The notes: generated by a model not told the origin, from the letters alone. 64,000 nucleotides of DNA from Oscillospiraceae bacterium (GCA_015066295.1 SVOR01000004.1:558-64557), one strand, 5' to 3'; positions 9,024 to 19,528 are shown, numbered from the stretch's first letter. Numbers and translations: made by a program.

Positions 9024-11279
9024 TTAGGCTTGTGTACTGGTCCAATGAGCGTGTATAACCAAATGCTCTCCGGGGAGGGCTGTTGCTCCAATATAATTGG
9101 CACTGCCGGCATACTTGTAGTATAATGTATAACCTTCGGGTTCGCAGTATATTTTATACCATCCACGGTCGCCGTTTTCGTTGGCATATAACCACTTGTC
9201 GATTTCTCTTCGATAAAACGAAAACTTTACAATTGTTAAATTTTGTGAATAATTTATTCCCAAAAGATTTCCCTCAAAGTACAAATCATCATCAGTGTAT
9301 AGATTTATGCTATTCTGAATATTTGAGATATATCTACCCGTGCTTTGAGGACGTATGTTTTCACAGGCAATCATTGCAACGCCTGGGTCGTATTGAATAT
9401 AAAATTCATCCCATAGCGCATGCATATAGACATGTCCGCCAGCATGGACTGTTTCGGCAACATTTTGCCTATCAGCATAAACATATTTTTTATAGCCTAC
9501 GGGCTGATATCCTTCCTTATACCAACCACGTGTTGTGCCGTTAGGACTTTCGTAATACCACTTATTTTTTTCTGCCCAATAGGCATTCCATCCTAAAAAT
9601 TGACGGTTAGTTTTTGTGAAAGTGTTTGGTTTGAGGGGCGTTGATTCTCCGTGCAAAATCACCATACCATATTCATCACCCACGCCGCCGTTATTTACGA
9701 ATCTAACGAAAAAGGCATTAATTCCATTCCAAATTGCACACATCATTACGTGCTCGCCTTCAAGGCCGGTTTGAGACACCTTTTGCTCATCAAGGTAATA
9801 GTATTTTTCGTATCCGGCAGGTTGTTGTCCTTCTTTATACCAACCTCTCGTTTGCGCGTCCGGCGATTCATAATACCACTTATCAACTTCAACCCTATAA
9901 GCATACCAACCGCAAAATTTTTTACCCGTTTTTGAAACTTTAAATTTATTTAATGGGGTTGAAAGACCTCGAATCATAACAGATTGGCTGTTACCGTTAT
10001 TGTATTCGCCAATGTAATTTTCGACATTTTCATCGGGACAATATTGTATGTGAAATGTATAATTTGAAAGCAAAATATACTTGTACCACATAATGGTTTC
10101 GTCATTTTGTTTTTTTGCACAGAAAAATGAAAAGAAAAATTCGCCATTTGCAAACATTATATTTTCTAACTCGTAATTTGTGCTACCCGCATCTATAATT
10201 ATTATTTGTAAAGTCTTTACATAATTTCCTTTCCAATCAAACAAGCGAATAATATTTTGCATTTTGCCGCCGTCAATAGTTTGACCGGTTTTGTGATAAC
10301 TTATGGAATAAATATATTGTTCATCTGTACAGATGCCTTGTCTATTCCAACCATCGTCAACTGAAAGTTTTGAAGTGTATCCTACGGTTTTGATAACATT
10401 TAAATCATTATCTAAAATTGCAAAATAATTTAATTTGCCAGATATTCCAACAACATATTGATTGTGTGTGGCGTTATAGTCTATGTTTGCTACACAGCAG
10501 CCAACAGTGTTATAATAAAATGTTTGTCCCCATGTATTATACAGTTGTTCGGCTGCAACGGTGTAAACCTCGCTATAGTGATCTTTTTCACAGCAAACTA
10601 TTGCAATTTCACCGGTGTCGCTATTGTACGTCATATCATTAACGTGAAACAAGAAGTCCCCCAAATAATATATCAACGCTACTTTTGTAAAGCTACCGTC
10701 TGAATTTCTCCTGCAAGTTAAAATCCGTGAATCAACCTGTTGTTTGCTTTGATTTTTTACTACAAAACTAAAATAATAATATTCGCCGTTGCTGCAGCCA
10801 CCTTGTAAGCAAAAATAATAATTACCCAAATCGGAATCGATGGTTAAGTGTTCTTTAAGGGCGATATCGACAAAATTGTGTTCACTGCTATTAAATGAGT
10901 TTAAGGTTATTTTTTTGTTACTGTCTGTAAATGTTGTAGCTCTATCTTGTTGTGATGCTAAGCCAAAATCAGTATCGTCTTCTTCAAACTCAATAGGTAT
11001 GCATAAATCAATACCGTCTTCAGTAACGAGAGATTCAACCTTTCTTACCTTTGGTTTTGGTGTGTCTGGAGAATGATATATTGCTTGCCTTTCGGGGACT
11101 ACTTCATTTTCAACAATTATTTGAGAGTTACTGTCGATAGGTTCATTTGCAAAAGGCTCAATCGTTTCCTGTGTAATAGTCTGAGGTTGAGCGTTAGCTT
11201 CCGCTAAAACCGGTACAGAAAATGGGAATAGAAACGTTACAACGACGCATAATATAAAAGATATTATTTTTTTACACAT
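9024..11279 (-). CDS. large secreted/anchored repeat protein (three C-terminal ~95-aa GW/WYYESP repeats)
   Basis: ORF 9024-11330; start moved to ATG 11279 (AGGAGG RBS); N-terminal hydrophobic signal. Repeats F(C/L)GW..KWYYESP..TRGWYKEG..P.GY.KY are reminiscent of Listeria-Bacteroides/InlB-B type repeats. Confidence 0.5.
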   Translation of the reverse strand: MCKKIISFILCVVVTFLFPFSVPVLAEANAQPQTITQETIEPFANEPIDSNSQIIVENEVVPERQAIYHSPDTPKPKVRKVESLVTEDGIDLCIPIEFEEDDTDFGLASQQDRATTFTDSNKKITLNSFNSSEHNFVDIALKEHLTIDSDLGNYYFCLQGGCSNGEYYYFSFVVKNQSKQQVDSRILTCRRNSDGSFTKVALIYYLGDFLFHVNDMTYNSDTGEIAIVCCEKDHYSEVYTVAAEQLYNTWGQTFYYNTVGCCVANIDYNATHNQYVVGISGKLNYFAILDNDLNVIKTVGYTSKLSVDDGWNRQGICTDEQYIYSISYHKTGQTIDGGKMQNIIRLFDWKGNYVKTLQIIIIDAGSTNYELENIMFANGEFFFSFFCAKKQNDETIMWYKYILLSNYTFHIQYCPDENVENYIGEYNNGNSQSVMIRGLSTPLNKFKVSKTGKKFCGWYAYRVEVDKWYYESPDAQTRGWYKEGQQPAGYEKYYYLDEQKVSQTGLEGEHVMMCAIWNGINAFFVRFVNNGGVGDEYGMVILHGESTPLKPNTFTKTNRQFLGWNAYWAEKNKWYYESPNGTTRGWYKEGYQPVGYKKYVYADRQNVAETVHAGGHVYMHALWDEFYIQYDPGVAMIACENIRPQSTGRYISNIQNSINLYTDDDLYFEGNLLGINYSQNLTIVKFSFYRREIDKWLYANENGDRGWYKIYCEPEGYTLYYKYAGSANYIGATALPGEHLVIHAHWTSTQA

Positions 11280-11417
11280 AAAGGTGATTCCTCCTGTTAT
11301 TATAAAATATTTCGGTTGTTTCAATAACATTACCCATCGGAATCACCTCTTTTTTCTTTATAGTAACACATTGCACATAAAAAATCAATCCCATACACCT
11401 ATTTTAGTGAAAATGCA

Positions 11418-11452
11418 CAAAAAACACCCGTAAGAAATTCTTACGGGTGTTT
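11418..11452 (-). terminator. intrinsic terminator after the ppiB/small peptidase-like pair
   Basis: Stem ACACCCGTAAG / CTTACGGGTGT with U-run on the minus strand. Confidence 0.8.
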
Positions 11453-11454
11453 TC

Positions 11455-11814
11455 TTACTTTAATTCCCAATAATATCGTCTGGCAGACGGCGGGAAATCG
11501 TCTATAAGACCATATTCGGGGTCGTAGAATTTGCCGCACGCATAGAGTGACCAATGCCAACACTTCGGCGTTTCAAGGCTTAAAAGTGCCGCCTTTGGCA
11601 GCTGCTCTTTTTTGCAGACGGCAATGCGCTCATTACCTACCGATATGCCGAAATGGGCAAAAATAAGCCTCATTGTCTTTAAATCGGTCTCGTTTTCGGT
11701 ACCGCAAAGCTTTACAATCTCTTTTATATCTATACCGGTTGCCATTGCAAGCACCGCCTGACCGCATTGAAGCGGTGTAGGTTCAAAAATATGCTTAATA
11801 TTTTTTGCAATCAT
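11455..11814 (-). CDS. small papain-fold (peptidase C39-like) domain protein
   Basis: 119 aa; PLQCGQAVLAMATG (Gln-Cys-Gly) and downstream CWHWSLYACGKFYDP (His) resemble the C39-like catalytic arrangement; ATG overlaps the ppiB stop (TAATG). Confidence 0.35.
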   Translation of the reverse strand: MIAKNIKHIFEPTPLQCGQAVLAMATGIDIKEIVKLCGTENETDLKTMRLIFAHFGISVGNERIAVCKKEQLPKAALLSLETPKCWHWSLYACGKFYDPEYGLIDDFPPSARRYYWELK

Positions 11815-12416
11815 TATTCTACTGTGATGATTTCAAGCGCATCAATAGTAACGTCGTACATAGGCTTATCGTTAGGACCAACCTTAACACGTGCTATATC
11901 GTCAACAACGTCCATACCCTCAAAAACAAAACCGAAAACGCTGTGGCGGTAATCGAGCCAAGGGGTGCCGCCGAGTGTTTCATAATCGGCAATTACTTCG
12001 TCGGTAAAACCGCCCTCGGCGCCAATTTGCTTCATTTGAGCAAGCATTTGAGGGGGGCATGCGGTTGCCTGAACGATAAAGAACTGACTGCCGTTTGTAT
12101 TAGGACCTGCGTTTGCCATACAAAGTGCGCCACGGATGTTGTGAAGCATTGGTGAAAACTCATCCTCAAAGGAGTCACCCCAAATACTCTCGCCACCCAT
12201 ACCGGTGCCTGTCGGGTCGCCGCCCTGAATCATAAAATCGTTTATAACTCTATGGAAAATAAGGCCGTTATAATAGCCGTTTTTAGCGTGCGTCACAAAA
12301 TTTTCAACCGTTTTGGGTGCGCTTTCGGGGAATAATTTAATTTTAATATCTCCCATATTTGTGTGCATTACTGCGACTGTATCACCCTTGACCGGTAAAG
12401 CTGTTTGAAAACTCAT
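11814..12416 (-). CDS. ppiB: peptidyl-prolyl cis-trans isomerase, cyclophilin type
   Basis: [34 protein letters not shown]; start moved to ATG 12416 (AGGAGA RBS). Confidence 0.9.
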   Translation of the reverse strand: MSFQTALPVKGDTVAVMHTNMGDIKIKLFPESAPKTVENFVTHAKNGYYNGLIFHRVINDFMIQGGDPTGTGMGGESIWGDSFEDEFSPMLHNIRGALCMANAGPNTNGSQFFIVQATACPPQMLAQMKQIGAEGGFTDEVIADYETLGGTPWLDYRHSVFGFVFEGMDVVDDIARVKVGPNDKPMYDVTIDALEIITVE

Positions 12417-12495
12417 AATTCTATCTCCTAATTTAAAATATATTACTAAGTAATTATACTCCATCTGCGGCATTTTGGCAACAAAAAATTGATAC

Positions 12496-12524
12496 TTGAT
12501 AAATTCAACATATTATGATAAAAT
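12496..12524 (+). promoter_or_regulatory. candidate sigma-A promoter of nrdR
   Basis: TTGATA (12496-12501), 17-nt spacer, TAAAAT (12519-12524). Confidence 0.45.
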
Positions 12525-12561
12525 ACGTATGTATATACTATATAGTGTGGGGGATTTAAAG

Positions 12562-13014
12562 ATGAAATGTCCTTTTTGCGGTGATGAAGAAAGCAAGGTA
12601 ATCGACTCGCGTCCGACCGACGAGGGTGAGCGTATTCGCAGACGTAGAGAGTGCTTAAAATGCGGCAAGCGTTTTACCACCTACGAAATTATTGAGAGTC
12701 TGCCGATTATCGTAATTAAGAAGGATAAGTCGCGCGAAAGCTTTAACCGTGATAAGCTTATGAACGGTATTTTGCGTGCTTGTGAAAAGCGTCCGATTTC
12801 TATCAACACGCTTGACAATATGATTGACGAGATTGAGGTTACAATTCAGAACTCACTCGACCGCGAGGTTACAAGCGATAAAATTGGTGAGCTTGTTATG
12901 GATAAGCTCAAAAACATCGACGAGGTTGCATACGTTAGATTTGCATCGGTTTACCGTCAGTTTAAGGATATCACAACCTTTATGGATGAATTAAATAAGT
13001 TAATTTCTAAATAA
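12562..13014 (+). CDS. nrdR: transcriptional repressor NrdR
   Basis: [19 protein letters not shown]...[12 protein letters not shown] zinc ribbon plus ATP-cone; start moved from 12496 to ATG 12562. Confidence 0.9.
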   Translation: MKCPFCGDEESKVIDSRPTDEGERIRRRRECLKCGKRFTTYEIIESLPIIVIKKDKSRESFNRDKLMNGILRACEKRPISINTLDNMIDEIEVTIQNSLDREVTSDKIGELVMDKLKNIDEVAYVRFASVYRQFKDITTFMDELNKLISK

Positions 13015-13022
13015 AACACCGA

Positions 13023-13060
13023 AAGCGTAGTATTTTAATAAAATACTACGCTTTTTTATT
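13023..13060 (+). terminator. intrinsic terminator after nrdR
   Basis: Stem AGCGTAGTATTTT / AAAATACTACGCT followed by TTTTTT. Confidence 0.8.
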
Positions 13061-13135
13061 ATATAATACTTGTAATTATTGGCAAAATCTGCAATAATAG
13101 TATAGAATATGGAAATATGTTTTGAGGTGACTGAC

Positions 13136-14797
13136 TTGACAGAATTTGAAAGAATGGCGCAGCTTCTGTTGCCCGACATTGACAAAACACCTGAATATTA
13201 TGAGAATTTATACCCTGCAAGAAATTTAAGTGAGGGTGCGCGTGTTGTACGTATTGCTCCCTCGCCCACAGGCTACCTTCATTTAGGTACCCTTTTTGCG
13301 GCTCTCGTAAATAGAATTACAGCAACCTCTACGAATGGTATTTTCTTTACACGTATTGAGGATACCGATAAAAAGCGTGAGATTGAGGGCGGCATTGAGG
13401 ATATAATTGACGGTCTTAACCGTTTTGGTATAACCATCGACGAGGGCTTTGTAAGCGGCACAACTGAAAAGGGCGAATATGGTCCCTACCAACAAAGCAA
13501 GCGTGCCGAAATTTACCAGACCTTTGTTAAAGACCTAATTGCCAAGGGTCTTGCATACCCCTGCTTCTGCACCGCTGAGGAATTAGAGCAGGTGCGTGAG
13601 AACCAAGAAAAGAATAAAATCCGCACAGGCTATCATGGTGAATATGCGCGTCACCGCAATATAACCGTAGATGAAGCCGAAAAGCTAATTCGTGAGGGCA
13701 AGAGCTACGTTATAAGACTAAAATCCCCCGGTAATGAAGAAAACCGAATTACCTTTGAGGATGGCATTAAGGGTAAAATTGAAATGCCCGAGAACGATGA
13801 GGACTTTGTACTTCTTAAATCGGACGGCATACCCACCTACCACTTTGCACACGCTGTGGACGACCACCTAATGCACACCACCCACGTAATACGAGGGGAT
13901 GAGTGGATTTCATCGGTACCAAAACACATTCAGCTTTTCCGTCTGCTTGGCTTTAAGGCGCCGAAGTATGCGCACGTTGCCCCGATTATGAAGCTTGACA
14001 ATGGTGCTAAACGTAAGATTTCTAAGCGTAAGGACCCCGAAGCAGCAGTTCGTTTCTTTGCCGAACAGGGCTATGAGAGTGAAAACGTAATCGAATATTT
14101 AATGACAATTGCGGCTTCTGACTTTGAGGATTGGCGCAGAGCTAACCCCGACGCATCCTATAAGACCTTTAAATTCAATCTTAAAAAGATGAGCGTTTCG
14201 GGCGCACTCTTTGATGAAAATAAATTGCTTGACGTTAGTAAAAACCGTATAGCGCGACTTAAATCACACGAGGTTTACGAGAAGCTTTGCGACTGGGCAA
14301 AGGAATTTGACGGTGAGTTTTATGAGATACTAACCAAGAACCCCGACTTTACCAAGTCGATGCTCGCAATTGACCGAGACGATAGTGCAAAACCGAGAAA
14401 AGACCTCGCCAAATGGAACGAAGCAAGAGATTTCTATGCTTATTTCTTTAACGAGCTGTATGAAAACAGCTACGAGTTGCCCGAAAATATCGGTGGCGCA
14501 GATGCGGTAGAATTCTTAAATAAATATTTAGGAATTTACAACCCGTCTGATGACCGCCAAGAGTGGTTTGGCAGAATTAAGGAATTAGCTCCCACACTCG
14601 GTTTTGCGGCAGAAACTAAGGAATACAAGGCCAACCCCGACGCTTATAAGGGTAGTGCAGGCGACCTTAGTACAATACTTAGAATTGCCATTACGGGACG
14701 CCGCAACACCCCCGACCTTTGCAGTATTATGCAGGTGCTCGGAACAGATGAATGTACAAAACGCATTAACGATGCGATAAACAGCATAAAGAGGTAA
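13136..14797 (+). CDS. gltX: glutamate--tRNA ligase (long form with N-terminal extension)
   Basis: ORF 13109-14797; HIGH-like SPTGYLHLG, RIEDTDKKRE, KMSKS-like KISKRK; TTG 13136 follows GAGGTGA RBS (ATG 13109/13154 are alternatives). Confidence 0.8.
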   Translation: MTEFERMAQLLLPDIDKTPEYYENLYPARNLSEGARVVRIAPSPTGYLHLGTLFAALVNRITATSTNGIFFTRIEDTDKKREIEGGIEDIIDGLNRFGITIDEGFVSGTTEKGEYGPYQQSKRAEIYQTFVKDLIAKGLAYPCFCTAEELEQVRENQEKNKIRTGYHGEYARHRNITVDEAEKLIREGKSYVIRLKSPGNEENRITFEDGIKGKIEMPENDEDFVLLKSDGIPTYHFAHAVDDHLMHTTHVIRGDEWISSVPKHIQLFRLLGFKAPKYAHVAPIMKLDNGAKRKISKRKDPEAAVRFFAEQGYESENVIEYLMTIAASDFEDWRRANPDASYKTFKFNLKKMSVSGALFDENKLLDVSKNRIARLKSHEVYEKLCDWAKEFDGEFYEILTKNPDFTKSMLAIDRDDSAKPRKDLAKWNEARDFYAYFFNELYENSYELPENIGGADAVEFLNKYLGIYNPSDDRQEWFGRIKELAPTLGFAAETKEYKANPDAYKGSAGDLSTILRIAITGRRNTPDLCSIMQVLGTDECTKRINDAINSIKR

Positions 14798-14801
14798 CAA
14801 A

Positions 14802-16493
14802 ATGGAAGAAATTAAAAACGTAAACGAAGCGGAAAACACAACCCCTTCTAATTTTATACTTGATTTTATTGATAAGGACTTAGAGGAAGGCGTTTACAAC
14901 TGCGTGCAGACACGCTTCCCGCCCGAGCCTAACGGATATCTTCATATAGGTCACGCCAAGGCTATCTGCATTGACTTTGGTACTGCACAAAAGTACGGCG
15001 GCAAATGCAACCTTCGTCTTGACGATACCAACCCCACCAAAGAGGACGTTGAGTACGTTGACGCCATTAAAGAGGATATTGAGTGGTTGGGCTTTAAGTG
15101 GGACAACGTATTTTTTGCATCGGACTATTTTGATTTTATTTACGAATGTGCGCTAAAGCTTATTGATTTAGGACTTGCCTACGTTGACGAATTATCTCCC
15201 GACGAAATTCGTGAATATCGCGGCACCTTAACCGAACCCGGCAAAGAAAGCCCCTATCGTAACCGCCCCATTGCCGAGACCAAGGATTTATTTGCACGTA
15301 TGACGGCAGGTGAATTCGAAAACGGCGCAATGGTTTTGCGCGCTAAAATCGATATGGCTTCATCTAACCTTAATATGCGTGACCCCATCATCTACCGCAT
15401 TATGAAGGCGACCCACCACCGCACAGGTGACAAATGGTGTGTATACCCGATGTATGACTTTGCTCACCCGTTATCCGATGCCAAGGAGGGTGTAACACAC
15501 TCGCTGTGCTCATTAGAGTTCGAAAATCACAGGCCCCTTTACGACTGGTTCTTAAAGGTGTTAGAGATACCCACCCCGCCGCGTCAGATTGAGTTTGCGC
15601 GAATGAACGTAAACTACACCCTAACGAGTAAGCGCAAGTGCTTAAAGCTCGTAAACGATAATCTCGTTTCGGGTTGGGATGACCCCAGAATGGCAACTAT
15701 TTGCGGTATGCGCCGCAGAGGATACCCCGCCGAGGCTATAAGAGAATTTGTTAATAAGATTGGTGTTTCTAAGGCATATAGCGTAATTGACTATGCGCTT
15801 CTTGAATCCTGCGTTAGAGATTACCTTAACACCAATGCCGCGCGTGCTATGGCGGTGCTTCGTCCCTTAAAGGTGGTTATTGATAACTTCCCCGAGGATA
15901 AGACCGACGAAATCAGCGTTGATATTAACCCGAACAAGCCCGAGCTTGGCAAAAAGACGGTGCTTTTCTCAAAAGAAATTTATATCGAGCAGGATGACTT
16001 TATGTTAGACCCGCCCGGCAAGTACTTCCGTCTGTGCCCCGCAAAAGAGGTACGCTTAAAAGGTGCTTACTACATTAAGTACGCCTCTCACGAAACCGAC
16101 GAGGATGGTAATATTACGGTTGTTCACGCAACCTATGACCCCGAGTCATTCGGTGGTGAAACACCCGACGGCAGAAAGGTTAAGGGCACACTTCATTGGG
16201 TTAGTGCTAAGCACTGCAAGGATGCTACAATTCGCCTTTATGACCGACTTTTCAACGTTGAAAATCCCTCTGACGAGGAAGGCGTTGAGTCATTTGCCGA
16301 CAATCTTAATCCCGAATCGCTCGTAATTCTTGAAAACTGTAAAATTGAACCCGATTTAGCTCATGCTAATGCGGGAGATACCTTCCAGTTTATGCGTCAG
16401 GGTTATTTCTGTCTTGATAAAGATTCGAGTGACGATAATATCATATTCAACCGCACAGTTGCCCTTAAAGATTCTTTTGCTAAAAAGGTATAA
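14802..16493 (+). CDS. glnS: glutamine--tRNA ligase
   Basis: RFPPEPNGYLHIGHAKA, MYDFAHPLSDAKEGVTHSLCSLEF, LTSKRK. Confidence 0.9.
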   Translation: MEEIKNVNEAENTTPSNFILDFIDKDLEEGVYNCVQTRFPPEPNGYLHIGHAKAICIDFGTAQKYGGKCNLRLDDTNPTKEDVEYVDAIKEDIEWLGFKWDNVFFASDYFDFIYECALKLIDLGLAYVDELSPDEIREYRGTLTEPGKESPYRNRPIAETKDLFARMTAGEFENGAMVLRAKIDMASSNLNMRDPIIYRIMKATHHRTGDKWCVYPMYDFAHPLSDAKEGVTHSLCSLEFENHRPLYDWFLKVLEIPTPPRQIEFARMNVNYTLTSKRKCLKLVNDNLVSGWDDPRMATICGMRRRGYPAEAIREFVNKIGVSKAYSVIDYALLESCVRDYLNTNAARAMAVLRPLKVVIDNFPEDKTDEISVDINPNKPELGKKTVLFSKEIYIEQDDFMLDPPGKYFRLCPAKEVRLKGAYYIKYASHETDEDGNITVVHATYDPESFGGETPDGRKVKGTLHWVSAKHCKDATIRLYDRLFNVENPSDEEGVESFADNLNPESLVILENCKIEPDLAHANAGDTFQFMRQGYFCLDKDSSDDNIIFNRTVALKDSFAKKV

Positions 16494-16496
16494 ACT

Positions 16497-17246
16497 ATGA
16501 CTGTTAATGAAATTTATTCTTTTTTAAATGAATTTGCGCCCTTTGACACCGCCTGCGATTTTGATAATGCAGGACTGCTTATTGGTGGAAAAGATGCAGA
16601 AGTCGACAAGTGCATCGTTGCGCTCGACTGCACCGAAGCGGTAGTAGATCAGGCTATAAAAAAAGGCGCACAGCTAATAATCACACATCATCCCGTAATT
16701 TTTTCGGGACTTAAAAGCGTGCTTGCCGACTCGCTTGTGTATAGGCTAATCGAAAACAACGTTTCGGTAATAAGCGCACACACCAATTTAGATATTGCCG
16801 ATGGCGGTGTTAACGACTGCTTGGCAAAGGCCTTGGGACTAAACGATGTTAAAAAAATTGTTTGTGATGATGGTTTTTCCTTTAGATGCGGACAGTTAAA
16901 CGATGTTTTATCGCCCGAAGCTTTTGCAAAATACGTCGGCGAAAAACTTAATTTTTCACCACGTTTTACTGTGGGTAAAAAGGAAATTAAAACCGTTGCG
17001 GTTTGTGGTGGCAGCGGTGGCGATCTATTCCCCACCGCCATTAAAAACGGTTGTGACGCGCTCGTTACTGCCGACGTTAAGCACAATTTCTTTATTGATG
17101 CCGCAACACAGGGTTTTACCCTTATTGACTGCGGTCACTTTAACACCGAGGACGTTGTTATTGAACCGCTTAAAAATGCTTTAAGCGAAAAATTTGGTGA
17201 CGTGCAATTCTTCACCAACCATACGTCCTATATCCACTGCCTTTAA
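16497..17246 (+). CDS. Nif3-like dinuclear metal center protein (GTP cyclohydrolase 1 type 2 homolog)
   Basis: DNAGLLIGG, ITHHP, SAHTNLD, GHFNTE motifs. Confidence 0.85.
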   Translation: MTVNEIYSFLNEFAPFDTACDFDNAGLLIGGKDAEVDKCIVALDCTEAVVDQAIKKGAQLIITHHPVIFSGLKSVLADSLVYRLIENNVSVISAHTNLDIADGGVNDCLAKALGLNDVKKIVCDDGFSFRCGQLNDVLSPEAFAKYVGEKLNFSPRFTVGKKEIKTVAVCGGSGGDLFPTAIKNGCDALVTADVKHNFFIDAATQGFTLIDCGHFNTEDVVIEPLKNALSEKFGDVQFFTNHTSYIHCL

Positions 17247-17262
17247 ATGAGATGATTTGTAA

Positions 17263-18189
17263 ATGTTAGAAAATTTAATTACTGTAGCACTGCAGGTTGC
17301 GATGCTGTTTATTATGATTGCGGTTGGCTTCGCACTCGGCAAGACAAAATTGCTCGGCAAAACCGCAATTAAGGGGCTTGCAAATGTTGTTTTATACGTT
17401 GCTACCCCTGCCGTAATTCTGCAGGCTTTTACAACTGAACAAAAGACTCCCGAAAAGACCAAAAATCTTATTATTGTCGCTATAATAACGGTTATTTTGC
17501 ACGTTGTAATGATTTTACTTGCAAAGCTATTTATACGCCACAAGGACGATAAGGCGAACAGAATAATGCGCCTTTTGGTAATTTTCTCAAACTCGGGATA
17601 TATGGCATTCCCCTTGCAAAAAGCGATTTTAGGCGATATTGGTGTTTTTTACGGCGCTATGTTTGTTGCTATTTTCAATATATTTATGTGGACCTATGCC
17701 GTTTTTGTGGCAAGCGGCGACAAAAATACCTTGAAAATAAAAAACATACTGCTTAATCCAACCATTATTAGCGTAATTGTGTCGGTTTTACTTTATGCCT
17801 TTAGCATTAAGCTGCCAACATTTATTGCCGATGCCGTATCGGGACTTGGTAATCTTAACACACCACTTCCTATGATTATAATAGGATTTAACATATCGAC
17901 CTTCCCCTTTATTGAGCTCTTTAACGATAAAAGAGTGTATCTGCCGGGTGTGTTGCGACTTATATTTATGCCGCTATTATCCCTTGGTATTATGATTTTA
18001 CTCGGTGTACGCGGTTTACCGCTTATAGCCTGCACCATTGCGGCGAGTGCGCCAAGTGCGGCGGCACCCGTAATGTTTGCTACAAAATACGGGTTGGATG
18101 CACAGCTCGGCTCGAAAATCACGTCGCTTACAACTCTATTTTCAATTTTAACAATGCCCGTAATTGTGGCATTAGCACAAATACTATAA
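17263..18189 (+). CDS. AEC (auxin efflux carrier) family membrane transporter
   Basis: 308 aa; about 10 hydrophobic segments in two halves, typical of the family. Confidence 0.55.
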   Translation: MLENLITVALQVAMLFIMIAVGFALGKTKLLGKTAIKGLANVVLYVATPAVILQAFTTEQKTPEKTKNLIIVAIITVILHVVMILLAKLFIRHKDDKANRIMRLLVIFSNSGYMAFPLQKAILGDIGVFYGAMFVAIFNIFMWTYAVFVASGDKNTLKIKNILLNPTIISVIVSVLLYAFSIKLPTFIADAVSGLGNLNTPLPMIIIGFNISTFPFIELFNDKRVYLPGVLRLIFMPLLSLGIMILLGVRGLPLIACTIAASAPSAAAPVMFATKYGLDAQLGSKITSLTTLFSILTMPVIVALAQIL

Positions 18190-18230
18190 AAAAGAAAACG
18201 CTTGTACTATGAAGTACAAGCGTTTTTAAT
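18190..18230. terminator. bidirectional terminator between the AEC transporter gene and serS
   Basis: 13-bp stem AAACGCTTGTACT / AGTACAAGCGTTT. Confidence 0.8.
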
Positions 18231-19528
18231 TAGTTGTTTGATTTAATTTCGGCCTTGCCGCCCATATAAGGTCTTAGCGCCTCAGGAATACGTATTGTGT
18301 AGTTCTTACCGTCGAAATCAAGATTATTCTCAAGGAAGGCAATTAACATACGGGGCGGTGCAACAACGGTGTTATTAAGGGTATGGGGTAGATATTTTTG
18401 ACCGTCCTCGCCCTTAATTCTAATACCGAGTCGGCGTGACTGAGCGTCACCCAAATTTGAGCAAGAGCAAACCTCGAAATATTTTTGCTGTTTGGGACTC
18501 CAAGCCTCAACGTCGTATGACTTAATTTTTAAATCTGCAAGGTCACCCGAGCAGCACTCAAGTGTGCGTACGGGTATATCCATACTTCTGAAAAGCTCAA
18601 CCGAATAGCTCCACATCTTGTTAAACCATTCCATACTCTCCTCAGGCTTGCAGATAACTATCATTTCCTGCTTTTCAAACTGATGAATACGGTAAATACC
18701 GCGTTCCTCAATACCGTGGGCGCCCTTTTCCTTACGGAAGCAGGGCGAATAGCTGGTGAGTGTTAGCGGTAGAGCGGTTTCGGGTGTAATGGTATCAATA
18801 AACTTACCTATCATTGAGTGCTCGCTTGTACCGATAAGGTAGAGGTCCTCGCCCTCAATTTTATACATCATAGCATCCATTTCTTCAAAGCTCATAACGC
18901 CTGTAACAACGTTTGAGCGAATCATAAAGGGCGGTATGCAATAGGTAAAGCCCTTATCTATCATAAAGTCGCGCGCATAGGAAAGCACTGCACTGTGAAG
19001 GCGTGCAATATCACCCATAAGGTAGTAGAAGCCCTCACCTGCAACGCGGCCTGCCGCCTCTTTATCAATGCCGCAGAAATGCGCCATAATATCGGTGTGG
19101 TAAGGAATCTCAAAATCAACCTTTGTCTGCTCGCCGTACTGCTGAACCTCAACGTTTTCGCTATCGTCCTTGCCTATCGGAACGCTTTCGTCGATGATAT
19201 TAGGAATCTTCATCATTACCTGATTTAGCTTTGCGGTAAGCTCGTTTTCCTGCTCTTCAAGCTCTTTTAGACGGTCGGCCTGCTCGGATACTAACTTCTT
19301 CATATCCATAGCCTCGTCGCGCTTGCCCTGAGCCATTAGCATACCTATCTGCTTGCTGACCTTGTTGCGATTAGCACGAAGGTCGTTAGCCTCGTTTTGT
19401 GCAGCACGCTTCGCTGAGTCTAACTCGATAGCCTCATCAACGAGCGGTAATTTACCGTCCTTAAACTTCTTTTTGATATTTTCTTTTACAATTTCGGGAT
19501 TCTCTCTCAAAAATTTAATATCCAGCAT
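18230..19528 (-). CDS. serS: serine--tRNA ligase
   Basis: MLDIKFLRENPE N-terminus, coiled-coil arm, class II core (RIHQFEKQE, NNTVVAPPRMLIAFLEN). Confidence 0.92.
   Translation of the reverse strand: MLDIKFLRENPEIVKENIKKKFKDGKLPLVDEAIELDSAKRAAQNEANDLRANRNKVSKQIGMLMAQGKRDEAMDMKKLVSEQADRLKELEEQENELTAKLNQVMMKIPNIIDESVPIGKDDSENVEVQQYGEQTKVDFEIPYHTDIMAHFCGIDKEAAGRVAGEGFYYLMGDIARLHSAVLSYARDFMIDKGFTYCIPPFMIRSNVVTGVMSFEEMDAMMYKIEGEDLYLIGTSEHSMIGKFIDTITPETALPLTLTSYSPCFRKEKGAHGIEERGIYRIHQFEKQEMIVICKPEESMEWFNKMWSYSVELFRSMDIPVRTLECCSGDLADLKIKSYDVEAWSPKQQKYFEVCSCSNLGDAQSRRLGIRIKGEDGQKYLPHTLNNTVVAPPRMLIAFLENNLDFDGKNYTIRIPEALRPYMGGKAEIKSNN

Noticed and set aside
9083-10703. Several 70-150-aa plus-strand ORFs within the large repeat-protein gene
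   Set aside because: They are antisense to a continuous 750-aa ORF with signal peptide and internal repeats. Their translations are Cys/His/Tyr-rich reverse-frame artefacts.
13136-16493. Adjacent GluRS and GlnRS genes as something unusual
   Set aside because: Both look like ordinary intact class I synthetases separated by 4 nt. The ~40-aa N-terminal extension of GluRS depends on an uncertain start codon. I have no evidence for anything beyond an operon of related housekeeping genes.
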